Source: Octopus bimaculoides (taxonomy: Eukaryota). Taken from it: a stretch of 64,000 nt of DNA. The position numbers were made by a program, and so were the translations under genes. The notes below the pieces were generated by a model. That model was given only the letters and a program-made list of their open reading frames with translations, made no database searches and was not told the origin of the DNA. The DNA is taken from the NCBI RefSeq assembly GCF_001194135.2, contig NC_068982.1, positions 99,721,269 to 99,785,268 on the forward strand, read 5' to 3'. Shown piece by piece: positions 1 to 12,177 of this stretch. Position 1 is the first letter of the stretch. The number at the start of each line of letters is the position of its first letter.

Positions 1-160
1 ATATATATATATATATTTCCATCTATCAAATACACTCACAAGATTTTGGCTGGCCCAAAACTATAATAGAAGAAACTTTCCAAAGTGCTGTGGAGTGGGA
101 TCGAATCCGGAACTACAAGACTGGGATGCAAGCTTCTCAACAATATAGCCATGCTTGTGC
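1..160 (-). mobile_element. tRNA-derived SINE family A, 5' fragment
   Basis: Similar to the head of the copies at 14542-14918 and 57503-58090. Confidence 0.6.
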
Positions 161-3100
161 CCAAGAAATGGCTTCCAAAACCTATTCGTCGCCCGCCTTT
201 AAGTGATATGACTAATAACCTTATTTGCTTGTATTAACACAATAGTGTTTAGAGCTGAGTGGAGTGGAGCAAAGAATGACAAAAAAAGACATACAAACAA
301 CCACTGAGAAATAACTATATAGCTAACATATGTGAGATTTAACCTGAGCAACACTGCTGTTTTTAACAATCAGCATTGACGAAACCATAGAGATTCTCAT
401 TAAACATATGGACCTTAGAATGAATTATAAAGCACAATAAATAAACTGTCTTGAATCATAATCTGTGACAGTCGGCGAATGACTAATATGTATTGTATGA
501 ATGTACATGCTGTTTTCGAGAACTGGTTTTCCTATTTAACTTTGGCTTTAATGTAATATTATTTATAACTTAATTTGCCACACGTTATATTTTCAGTAGT
601 ATTAGTATTATATATTACGATACATGATCGACGTTTAAACAAACATTTGTAATATTTTGTGAAACGCGAAAACTATTTGGAAACGACTTTTTTGTTTTAT
701 CATTAACAACGCAGTTTCACAAACAGCATTTCAAAAATACATGACTGTCAATCCTCTTTAATATAATTATCTTTTATATATTTCGTCGGAGATACTTGAT
801 CTAATTTTTATCGCTATGAACGTCCTGGTTTCAACTTGAATAACTGACACGGATATTATAACTTTGGTGATAGCCATGATTAAAAGGAAAGTGAGAAAAG
901 CAACAGCTGTCATTTGCACTCAGTGCTTCAAATATAACTACATTTTGAAAATGATACAAACATACATTTGTAAAAGTTTTCTACAAAGAAAAGTGGGATT
1001 GAATCTCATGTATTGACATATCCAAATCGTTCGTCTTCTAAATTATAACATAGCATGTTTTAAATATCTTATTCGATCTAAACGTTGCGATTAGGATTTG
1101 GGTATATCTTTTTTTCTAAAGTTTAATTAGTTCTTCGTAAGCTTAGTTAAATATACCAAGAAGTAACACGATAAAGCACGAATATCACTTTTACGAGAGA
1201 GGAACAAAGGAAGATGTCCCCGTGTATACTAGTACTTTTTATACTGATAGAAAAGTAAAAGTTTAGATAGATATGATCAGAAAACTAATGCTAACATATT
1301 ATAAAGATTTGAAGGAGACAGACATTTGGCATGATTTTCTTAAAGAAAACACATTCTTAAAAACGGGGGGTACATTTCCTAATCTGGAAGAAACAAAGTA
1401 TCTACCGAATTTTCTGCAGACCTACTTTCGTCAGAAACTGAAAACTATTGTGAATCCTTCGATAACCAAATGTAACCAATCTACTCACCTTTCTGCAATG
1501 ATTTCTTTCAGAGTAATTTCCCGCAATAATATGACAAAGTAATTCATGTGAAATAGACAAAACAACCGTTCATTTTCACTTCTAGACAACGGGATGACGG
1601 GTAGGGGGGATTTGGGGTCGGAGTTTTTCATAAAAAATTGGAAATTACGCCAAAAGGCCGATATTTAGGTAATCGTACCGAAAGATCGCCACTTTGTCAT
1701 ATTACTGCAGGAAATTACACTGAAAGAAATCTTTGCAAAAAGGTGAGTAGGTTGATTACATTATATTATCGCAGTTTTGTNNNNNNNNNNNNNNNNNNNN
1801 NNNNNNNNNNNNNNNNNNNNNNNNNNNNNNNNNNNNNNNNNNNNNNNNNNNNNNNNNNNNNNNNNNNNNNNNNNNNNNNNNNNNNNNNNNNNNNNNNNNN
1901 NNNNNNNNNNNNNNNNNNNNNNNNNNNNNNNNNNNNNNNNNNNNNNNNNNNNNNNNNNNNNNNNNNNNNNNNNNNNNNNNNNNNNNNNNNNNNNNNNNNN
2001 NNNNNNNNNNNNNNNNNNNNNNNNNNNNNNNNNNNNNNNNNNNNNNNNNNNNNNNNNNNNNNNNNNNNNNNNNNNNNNNNNNNNNNNNNNNNNNNNNNNN
2101 NNNNNNNNNNNNNNNNNNNNNNNNNNNNNNNNNNNNNNNNNNNNNNNNNNNNNNNNNNNNNNNNNNNNNNNNNNNNNNNNNNNNNNNNNNNNNNNNNNNN
2201 NNNNNNNNNNNNNNNNNNNNNNNNNNNNNNNNNNNNNNNNNNNNNNNNNNNNNNNNNNNNNNNNNNNNNNNNNNNNNNNNNNNNNNNNNNNNNNNNNNNN
2301 NNNNNNNNNNNNNNNNNNNNNNNNNNNNNNNNNNNNNNNNNNNNNNNNNNNNNNNNNNNNNNNNNNNNNNNNNNNNNNNNNNNNNNNNNNNNNNNNNNNN
2401 NNNNNNNNNNNNNNNNNNNNNNNNNNNNNNNNNNNNNNNNNNNNNNNNNNNNNNNNNNNNNNNNNNNNNNNNNNNNNNNNNNNNNNNNNNNNNNNNNNNN
2501 NNNNNNNNNNNNNNNNNNNNNNNNNNNNNNNNNNNNNNNNNNNNNNNNNNNNNNNNNNNNNNNNNNNNNNNNNNNNNNNNNNNNNNNNNNNNNNNNNNNN
2601 NNNNNNNNNNNNNNNNNNNNNNNNNNNNNNNNNNNNNNNNNNGAGATATTTGACTGCTATTTCAAACAGGTTGAGCTACCAGATAAGAGACCCCTTCATT
2701 AGCTCGATATTTAATGTCCGAGCTTCTTGTTGGGATGTACGATATATTGATGATAGTTTTCTTAAAAGGAAACTATCATTTCTTACATAGAAATTCGAGT
2801 CGGTTTATGAAAAAGTGGAACGAAAAAGCAACTTGAATTCTGTTAGCACATATGCTACTCCGAAAAAATGTAAACAAGAAATATTTCAAGCATGAAACTC
2901 AGGATGTTGAAAATAGGAAGAGCGAAATGAAAACGAGTCATATCTTCAATGACAGTATGTGTGAGGCTTTCTTTCAGATGCAAAAAAAAAAAAATAGGAA
3001 TATAATACAAGCATTTTAAACAAAACCAGCAAAAAATCCCATCGCCCTCCACCCAGGACAAACAAATGCTTTTTTATATCATTCATTCATTAATACTTTT

Positions 3101-3299
3101 CATAAAACTTATCTGACGTAAAGGTTTATTTCTCGATTTTCACCTTTCACTTCAAGTGATGTCTAAAGATGATGAAGGGACATGTCTTCACCACGTATTT
3201 CGTTATAAACCGTCAGAGACAATAATTTCTTCGACAAAAAAATATTTCAAACTCTGAGCAGCTGTTATATCTATCTACTAAATAAATTTTGACATTAGA

Positions 3300-4200
3300 G
3301 AAAGAATAAACACAAATTCCAGTCAAACGTGCGTTTTATAATGTGGATGATCATAGTGCTTGAGTGCGCTCTGTGTTATACCGGTTCTATATATGTGCGC
3401 GCGTGCCCTTATAGTAATGTGAACACATCTATTGTGTACTTATATGAAATATCGAGTACTGCGCATGTAGGTGAAAGGTGAACAAAACAAAAATAAAATA
3501 CTATGCTTTATACAGCTTAGGTAAACCAGAAGAATGAAGATAGTTGTGATGACGGGAGGGGGGTACTGTTGATAAGGATTCCTTCAGCAGAATATCAGTT
3601 GAATATAAAAATAAACTTGAACTTTATATATGATACAATAAAGGAAGCATACGCTGATAAATCCAGTACTATTGTTGTTTTACTTATTTCAATAAATGAA
3701 CTGGGGTCACGCTGGGACATAGGGCATCATCTTAAAATTAAATCGGGTTTAGAAACATATGCAGCATTTTACTTACTTCACAATCCAAGTAATTATGGGG
3801 TGAACGACGCATGGTGCTTTCTTCGGGTGGCGATGCTGAAAACATCGTCACTGCAATCTCCAAAAATAGTTATCCTTTTAGAGACAGGATGTAATTTAGT
3901 CTTGATTTAAACAGATGTAGAAATATTCTTCGCAAAAGAACCCCAAATGCACTAAAATATATCCTCTTGGTAACGGAAGACACCCATCCACAAGAGAGAA
4001 TGAGTGGAAAGGATGATGGCTTGCTTTCCTTGGCAGGGTGACTAAGAATTAAGTTAAGCGGTTAAAGAGTTGAACCGCCAAACTATATAATTGCTGTCAG
4101 GAATGTAGCAATTTAAACAATCACTCACGCAGTCGGCCTCTCTCTCTCTCACTCACTCCTGAAAAACAAGTTCCACTCGTCGTAGTTTTGTTGCAGTTAT
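3300..4200. promoter_or_regulatory. CpG-retaining, promoter-like region
   Basis: Frequent CG dinucleotides (gtgcgcgcgtg at ~3395, TGCGCATG at 3460-3467) and a TC-rich tract at ~4135-4160, unlike the CpG-poor introns further right. Confidence 0.35.
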
Positions 4201-4789
4201 CTCCCCCTGTTACTTTTATTTCTTTTATTTCCGGATTTATTTGTCTTTGAATTTATTTTTTATGACAAAAAAATAATTCTTGTTTCCGCTATCTCTTTCT
4301 CTTTAGCAATATCTTCTTTTGTATCATATATACGCGCCTCTTTTAATATTCTCACTTCTTTTTCTAAATCAAACCATTTTCCTTCCTTACAAAATTCCAC
4401 CTTCGATTTTGTATTTGGTTTGCAAGATTCTTGATGCGATTTCGTGTTGAAATGATCCTCCCAAAACGACAAAAAATCCACTTATCTTTTTTTTTTTCCT
4501 AAGTTTCATATCACTATCCTTTTCCCGCGTATTGTTTCCCTTTTCCCCTTCGATTCTTTAATAAACTTCTTTTGATGTCTCTTTATTTCTTAATAGTAAT
4601 TCTCTTTTATTTTATCTCTCATATTTCTTTCTCAAAGCACTATCATTTCTCTTTATGTTCTTTTTATTTCCCACACTATCGGTAACCACTCATAAATCAG
4701 AGAATTTCTAGTCTTTCTCCTAGTTAATTATACAAGTAACATTATCTGTCTTTGAGTCTCTCAAATTTAACGTCCTTATTTTACAAATT

Positions 4790-4846
<57 letters not shown>

Positions 4847-5189
4847 TTACAAGAGACGTCTCCAGAACCATTGACGAGATGTCATTCTTCTTTCCATTAT
4901 CTCGACTATTTTTTATTCATCATAGCTGACTGGCCAAATTGCATAGCAACGTGACTCACTGCACGATATTTATTTTAATAAGTTGATAATAGTATTTATA
5001 TTTAGAGCAAAGGCTACAACACAAAAGCACAGATGAATAGTAATTCATAGCATTTATTGTTACCCTAATTTTATGAATATCTCACTAATTAAACGATTAA
5101 TTTATTTTCTTGCCCTTCAGTTATCATCACCTCATCCCTTCAAGAGGAAATTAGATGCCTACATATATATATAAATAATATATATAAAT

Positions 5190-6030
5190 AATATATAAAT
5201 ATATGCATATATACATACATATATGTACATACCTACATATGTATATATACATGCATATATGGGTACAGGACATAAAAAAAACGTAGACAAAATGAGAAAC
5301 GAGAATATAAAAAGCAAAACATAGAAAACGAATTTCTTTTGAACAATGAAAAAAACAAACAGAGAAACGAAACATGCAACATAAAGAACATTCCCTTCAT
5401 CAGTTGTCCCGTTTTATCTACTCTGCATTTTGAAGGTAAGGACAAGATGTGACTTCGTTAAAACAGTCCTTCCCGCAAAGCAAATTAAATAAAAGGAAGT
5501 GAAAGAAAGAAAGAAAGATGGATGGTTGTTGGTCACGTGTGAGCAACAAGAGAGTCAAGAAGGAAGAGCTAGAGAGAGAGAGGGAACAGTGAAGGGGAGA
5601 GGAAAAGAATAGGGAAAGGGTGGGAGAGAAAAACAGAGAGGGAGATCGATAGACAGAAAAGAGATAGAATAAGAGTGCACATTGTAATTATTAAGATAAA
5701 ACTTACTTGGAAAAGGATGTGTGGCGTTCGATCATATAGTAATATAAAAAATATAGGAATATATACAAACCTACATATGTATGTATATATACATGCATAT
5801 ATGGGTACAGGACATCAAAAAAACGTAGACAAAATGAGAAACATAAAAAACAAAAACATAGAAAACGAATTTTTTTTCAAACAACAAAAAAAACAGACAG
5901 AAAAACAAAACAAGCATCATAAAGAACATTCTCTTCATCAGTTGTCCCCTGTTTTTATCTACTCCACATTTCGAAGGTAAGGACAAGACGTGACTTCGTT
6001 AACAGTCCTACTTGCAAAGCAAATGAAATA
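5190..6030 (+). repeat. Local tandem duplication (~300-bp unit, period ~540 bp, partial third head at ~6120-6220)
   Basis: Two diverged copies of atgggtacaggacat...gaag|gtaaggacaaga...gcaaagcaaat. The ORF track shows the paired peptides. Confidence 0.85.
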
Positions 6031-6324
6031 AAATTTTGGATTTTTTGCAGAGGGTGAAAGTCATAACAAAAACAGGACAGTGAGAACAAAACAGTAAAAT
6101 ATATATCCATATATATATAATACAAAGAATATGTATGCATGTATACCCACATATATGTACATACTTACATCTACATGTGTATATAGATGCATATCAGGAT
6201 ACAGGACGTTGGTAAAATGAACTACAGACAACGGAATGAACACATAGGAAAACAGATAGCCACTTGGAATTAATCCTTCGTCAGCTGCCTCTATTCTAAC
6301 TAGACATTTCAAAGATAAAGCAGG

Positions 6325-6979
6325 ATGCAAGAAGAAAATGGAGGAAAAATAAGAGGAAGAAGCTGGTCGTTTGTGCTAGTAAACCATTAATTTAATTGTT
6401 TAATAAAGGAAAGTGGTAGTAATAGTACATTTACGATCGTTTATGTTTACCAGTTGCAGTTGTAGACATCATCAGAATGCAAGGTCATATGTAGAGGTAA
6501 GAAGAGCAAAAGACATGGGGATACATTGGTAATGATAACAAAGACAAAGAATAGTGAGTCTTACTTAATAGTAGATTTCTTAGTTGATAATTCTGCTGTG
6601 AAGTTGCTGTAGGATGGAGGCTATTATGATGTGTAGTCCCAAGTTTATGCGCTTACTTAAACTGGGGGCTACAGATCATAAAAACCTCCATCTACATCCA
6701 CTTCGCAGCAGAATTATCAACTAAGAAATCTACTATAAAGTAAGACTCACTATTCTTTGTCTTTGTTCTCATTACCAATGTATCCCCATGTCTTTCGCTC
6801 TTCTTACCTCTACATATGACCTTGCATTCTGATGATGTCTACCACTACAACTCGTAAACAGAAACAATCATAAATGTACTATTATTACCACTTTTCTTTA
6901 TTAATTAATTAAATTAATGGCTTACTAGCGCAAACGACCAGCTTCTTCCTGTTATTTTTCCTCCATTTTCTTCTTGCAT
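6325..6979. repeat. 655-bp quasi-palindrome (arms ~6325-6647 and 6658-6979, 10-nt loop)
   Basis: The arms read as reverse complements along their whole length, with scattered mismatches. Confidence 0.95.
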
Positions 6980-7023
6980 ATAATTTAAACTATGGTTTAC
7001 CCACTGAATTACCTCCTACCATA

Positions 7024-7105
7024 TAGCTAAAACCAAAATCCTAATAAGTAGGAAGGTAGATAAAACACAAACCCCTTCAGGTAGATGGCCCTGCTCAGTA
7101 TGTAG
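7024..7105 (+). mobile_element. RTE LINE ORF fragment (LAKTKILISRK...PSGRWPCSVC) running into a gap
   Basis: Translation resembles the post-RT Cys-motif region of RTE-clade elements. Confidence 0.5.
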
Positions 7106-7506
7106 NNNNNNNNNNNNNNNNNNNNNNNNNNNNNNNNNNNNNNNNNNNNNNNNNNNNNNNNNNNNNNNNNNNNNNNNNNNNNNNNNNNNNNNNNNNNNNN
7201 NNNNNNNNNNNNNNNNNNNNNNNNNNNNNNNNNNNNNNNNNNNNNNNNNNNNNNNNNNNNNNNNNNNNNNNNNNNNNNNNNNNNNNNNNNNNNNNNNNNN
7301 NNNNNNNNNNNNNNNNNNNNNNNNNNNNNNNNNNNNNNNNNNNNNNNNNNNNNNNNNNNNNNNNNNNNNNNNNNNNNNNNNNNNNNNNNNNNNNNNTATA
7401 TATATATATATATATTAGTCAAAGGAGAAAGGGGTAACACCACGATTTTCTGTAAACCAGTCATATGCAAACTACAGCCCATGGGACTTTTTCAATGAAA
7501 ACTTAC

Positions 7507-7650
7507 CTTGAATTTTTTTAATAAGGCTGCCTGCCTGTTGATAACCCATGTCTCATGCAGCTTACTTTGCAAAAAAGGTTGCCCAGCATGTGGTGGCACA
7601 ATATTAAGTCTGCAGGGACCGAGTTCTATAAAGTTCAGAACTGTAGAATG
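7507..7650 (-). CDS. Candidate coding exon: HSTVLNFIELGPC...RQAALLKKFK
   Basis: gatttcag acceptor and strong AAG|GTAAGT donor. 144 nt, open in phase 0-0, GC higher than the flanks. Product not recognised. Confidence 0.35.
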
Positions 7651-8149
7651 CTGAAATCTTAACTAAACCCAGCCAGTGGTTTTGACAAAAGAGCAATGCT
7701 AAATAGAATATATAAATATATATTTTTCTATTTCAAGAAAGAGATTTAATCAAATGGCTTTGAAATTGTAATCAGCTAAAATGTTAATTAATTTGTTAGA
7801 CTGCTATTTTCCTTTCTGCTTTTTACATCAGTGTTTCTATGGTTGCAAAGAATTTTTATTTACTTATTTTTGATTAATATATTTTTACATCAAGATAGCA
7901 TTCTCTTCTCAAACCACACAACCTGAAATATGCATGTAATCTTTCTTGACAGTCTAACTGGAGTTAGCAGAGTTATGTGCCTTGTCCAGGAATATAATAG
8001 TTTCAAATTTTTGCACAAGACCAGCAATTTTAGGAGGAAGGAATTAATTGTTTACACAACCAGTATTTGACTGGTAATTTTAACTCAGAACATAAAGAAC
8101 CATCAGGAATATAATATCTTCGTATGATCTGAATTTTAATTGTGACTAT

Positions 8150-8515
8150 ATTGGTTATATGGTTAAGGTCCTTGCTTTGCAACCTTGTGGCTTGGGGTTC
8201 AATCTCACTGTATGGTACCTTGGACAAGTGTTTTCTTTACTGCTCCAGACCAATCAATGCATTGTGAATGAATTTAGTAGATAAAAACTGCAGAAGTCCA
8301 TCGTGTGTATGTGTTTGCATTTACCCCACCCTGCCTCTACTGCTTCACAACTAGCGTTGGTTTGTTTATGTTCCCATAAGAGTGGTTTGGCAAGATAAAA
8401 CTAATAGAATAAGTACCAGGCTTAAATAAGTACTGGAGTTGAATTGTTCAACTAATCCTTCAAAGTGGTATCCCAGCATTGCCGCAGTCCAATGACTGAA
8501 ACAAGTAAAAGAGGA
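8150..8515 (+). mobile_element. SINE family A, diverged full-length copy
   Basis: Head ggttaaggtccttgc...ggttcaatctc and tail gactgaaacaagtaaaagag, shared with other copies. Confidence 0.75.
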
Positions 8516-8671
8516 AATGCTAGTGTCTTGAGTGCCTTTGATATAGAGTCACTCTGTTGCAAATATTCAAGCCAGGTCTCTGGTTTAAGGTCAACTTCTT
8601 CTATTCCTTCAGTCAGTCTTTGAGGCCTTGGAAAGGTTCCAGGTGCTGTCTTCCTCCTTCTGATGAAGCCT
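8452..8671 (-). CDS. Candidate coding exon: GFIRRRKTAPGTFPRPQRLTEGIEEVDLKPETWLEYLQQSDSISKALKTL...; 3' end uncertain
   Basis: ttttttttctcag acceptor, coding-like composition, open to TAG at 8454-8452. A possible internal donor A|GTGACT follows 8553. Confidence 0.4.
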
Positions 8672-8825
8672 CTGAGAAAAAAAATATGGTCAGTTGACTA
8701 GCACTGCTGCATCACAGCCATTGTGATTTATGGAAGAATAAAAATGATTTCTAACATTTTGAGGAAAGAGACAGTCGAACAGATTATAGCCAAGGCATTA
8801 AACACTCAAAGCTACTCTACAATAC

Positions 8826-9060
8826 GTGTCCCCTTCTTGCTGCCCTACAATGAGCACTCCCATTCTCCCAGCCCTATAATGTGCATTCCCTTCTACCAAC
8901 ACTACAATATGTGCCCCCATTTCACTACCTTATAATTGCACCCACTTCACTCAGTTCCCCTGTGTGTGCTCCTCCCAGCCATACAATGTGTGACCCCTTT
9001 TCCCAGCCCTACAATATGTTCTGCTTCTCTCAGCCCTACATTTTGTACCCCTTCTCAGTT
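8826..9060. repeat. Degenerate ~27-30 bp minisatellite (~9 units, core cccagccctacaat)
   Basis: Recurrent gtg..ccccttct-cccagccctacaat units. Confidence 0.7.
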
Positions 9061-10073
9061 TTTTTACTACAATTTCTTCCAACCATCACTCTATTTTACA
9101 GCAGCTTAAAAATGAACCTCCAAAACTATAATTAACTTACAAGAAATTTACATTTCTATGCTTATATGTATCACCAAGTAAATCTGTTATCAGGTAAAAT
9201 TTTTAACATTTCAGGTGAAATCATGACATCACATGGCCCTCCTATCTACCTGACATTGCACTTTTGTCTGATATCTTCCTCTGTCCCAGAAATAACTTCA
9301 CCTGCTCTTCAACTAAAATTTTAGCTTCCATATTTTTATTTAGGTCAAGAATTTTTATCTTAAATTATTCAGTGTGCTTGGCACCACAGGATTTTAGCAC
9401 CCAAGGTAATCACCTACTTTCTCTAGTGCTTAGTGCCAGCCTTAACACCAACACTTGAGTAGTGCTTATTTCAGTAACATCAAATTCACAAAATCCAAAG
9501 TAAAGCTACAAAAATTTGAACATACAATGTAAACAAAATATAACTAAATACTGTAAGGAAAATACATCTTCTCAAAATAGTCACAACAGCAGTGTCACAT
9601 TGGTGAGTTTTAGGATTAGCAGATATCCATCTTCCTATCCAATAAATCTTGTTAACTCAGGGTTTATGTACCCTATATGCTGAGGCTTGGTCTGTAAGTA
9701 AAAACATTTTTTTCTGCCAAAATTTAAAGATATTACATGTGAGAGGTGTTGGTTATTTTAATCCATCAATGTTGGAGAGTTATTAATGATTATAGCCCCC
9801 CCCCCCACCAAAAAAAAGAATAATATCTATTTACATGCCAAGATTTTGGATTGCATTCAATGAAAATGAGCCATCAAACCTTCACTTACAGACATTTATC
9901 GGTTACTTGACTTACCCATATTCAGATTATGTTCTCCAAATCTCTATTTTATTTTCACAACTACATTTTATAAACCATATACTATCCCTTCCTAAACTCA
10001 CTTGGCTCATCAATCCCTGCTCCCACCTCCACAACCATGTCACACATTTTCTCTACATTAATCACTTTTTTTT

Positions 10074-10234
10074 TTAACCCTTTAGGCATATGAATTAATG
10101 TTTGACCATGTCACCTTGACTTCAAAAACAGAATTATTATAATATAAATAAAGTTCTTGAAATTAATATGTTGAAATTGAATTTTTATATATATTTTTTT
10201 TTAATGAAACAATCAGAATCATTTAAAGAGTTAT
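10074..10234. mobile_element. TTAA-bounded MITE-like element (piggyBac-type ends)
   Basis: Left end ttaaccctttag, right end tttaaagagttat (degenerate ctaaagggttaa). Confidence 0.45.
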
Positions 10235-11369
10235 CCCTTCTTTTTAGTCTAACATCATTTTGCTGATAGTAAGAAGATAAAATGTAAAACTTAAATTATT
10301 TTTCCATTCAAAATGCTATTTTAATATAAAATTTATTCAATTTAAGTACAAAGTGTCTTTGAAAGAATTAGAAAATTATAAACTTTACCTTTGTTTTCAC
10401 TTTCAGAAAAATAGATGCTATTTTATCTTTTTTAATTGGGTAAATCATTGATATTTAGGTTGTTGCTCCCAACAAAGATTTAATAAATAATATTTTAGTA
10501 TTGTTTAACTAAAAGTGTTCATTTAGAAATATTTCATTCCTTATTCTGCAAACTGTGTATATACATTGTATAATCCTTACATTTACTTAGACGACTTCTC
10601 TGTAAACAATGTTCCTAACCAAGGTTCTACATTTACCATTATGACATGTTTTTTTGATTGATTTCTAGCAGGTTGAGTAACCTCATAAAAAGTCTCACAT
10701 TTGTGTATATGTATATGTCAGTAAAATCTTTGACAGATGATGAATGCCAAAAGACAATAATTTTGTCTATGATATTAATGCAACATTTTAGTGAAATATC
10801 TTAGCCAAATCTTCCTCATACATAAACAAAGTGGTAAATGATAAGTTTCAACGATAAGGAATGTTTGTATGACTTCTTTTGTATGTCACAATTCTTGTAT
10901 ATCAATAAATATTGAAGTGGAAAATAGTATAATTACCTTACAAACTGCAGAATTGCTTTGCCAACAGAAAGTGTTGAAAATAGTTTACCCATCTCAAAAA
11001 TAGCTAGTTTCAAATGGTAGAAAGAAATGTATGCAATAAATTGAAATAAGTTTATAGCAGAGTTAACTATTTAACTGACACTGACTAAAGTTTTAAAAAA
11101 TATATCACTATTTTTAATACCTTTCTCTTGTTTCTTCCAGACTCTATTAACCTGTCCAGTCATCTTAATATCCCAACTAGAAAAGCATGGAGAGACTATG
11201 TTTACTGGGCTATTCAGATATGCTATTAATTTTCTTAGCATACCTGAATACTCCAAAATACTCACAGTTTTCCTTAATCACATTTTTCTGATTCCGCAGC
11301 AATCCATGTCAACAACCACTTTGCTAAATTTGATATAATCACATTTGATCTTATTCAGAATAAACTTAC

Positions 11370-11454
11370 TCAACAGGCTGCATAGTTTGAAGATCAAGAA
11401 CCCCCTCCAGATCAAGTCACTACTTCTCCATATTGAGAGGTCACAGCTCTGGTA
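11370..11454 (-). CDS. Candidate 5' UTR/start exon of an unidentified gene (ATG at 11383: MQPVE)
   Basis: T-rich tract with tttgtag acceptor and GA|GTAAGT donor. ATG has A at -3 and upstream in-frame stops. Ends in phase 2, matching the 8671 acceptor. Confidence 0.35.
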
Positions 11455-12177
11455 CTACAAACACATGATTAAAATGACACAAGAAAAAAATTGCAAGACA
11501 GATTCTTTAAGCTGAGCCAAAGGACAAGAGAAATAGTTGTAGACCAAGAATGAGATGGTTGGATAATATCTATAGTCTCAGCAGATCATGCTTGGAAATT
11601 CAGCCAGAAACGGTAATAATGATTACATCTGATAAGACCCTTTGGAGAAGGTGCCTGAGGACTTTACACCCACAGACCTCCCAGGAGATGGATGGTTTGA
11701 CATTTGATCTCTTTTTAGTCTGAAAGTTCATTTTTGTTTGCTTCCATTTTTCTTATGACATGAATGATTCTGGAAAAGAAGTAATCATTAATTAATCATG
11801 TTTGTCCTGACTCTCTGCACTTAGTTCAAATCTTGCTGTCTTCAACTTAGCCTTTCATCCTTTCAGGATCAATCCAAAGCAGTGGATTAGAAAAACAGTT
11901 GGATCAGACATCTTGAGGTATTTCTTACAACTCCTTACTTCATGAGTTCAAATCCCACCACTTACACTTGACATACTGGATGCTTTTAGCAGAGTTTATC
12001 TATTGTAAACATTTAAACCAAGTTTTCAGTTTGAAGACACTCTTCTCTCTATTATTATTCATATCAGTCTCAGAAACCCTATAAAAGGCTATAGGCAATA
12101 CCTTCCCTCCTGACTGAAAAATGATTGGAGTATTCATAGCTGGAGGATCTAATTGCCAACCATAAAATATAGATACA

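Noticed and set aside
1638-2790. Long ORFs spanning N runs (also 30507-31287, 34890-35594, 54372-55344, 57621-58134)
   Set aside because: Their length comes from assembly gaps translated as X.
4260-4481. ORF with a WEDHFNTKSH zinc-finger-like stretch
   Set aside because: No CxxC partner. It lies in a purine-biased low-complexity tract with stops in the flanking frames.
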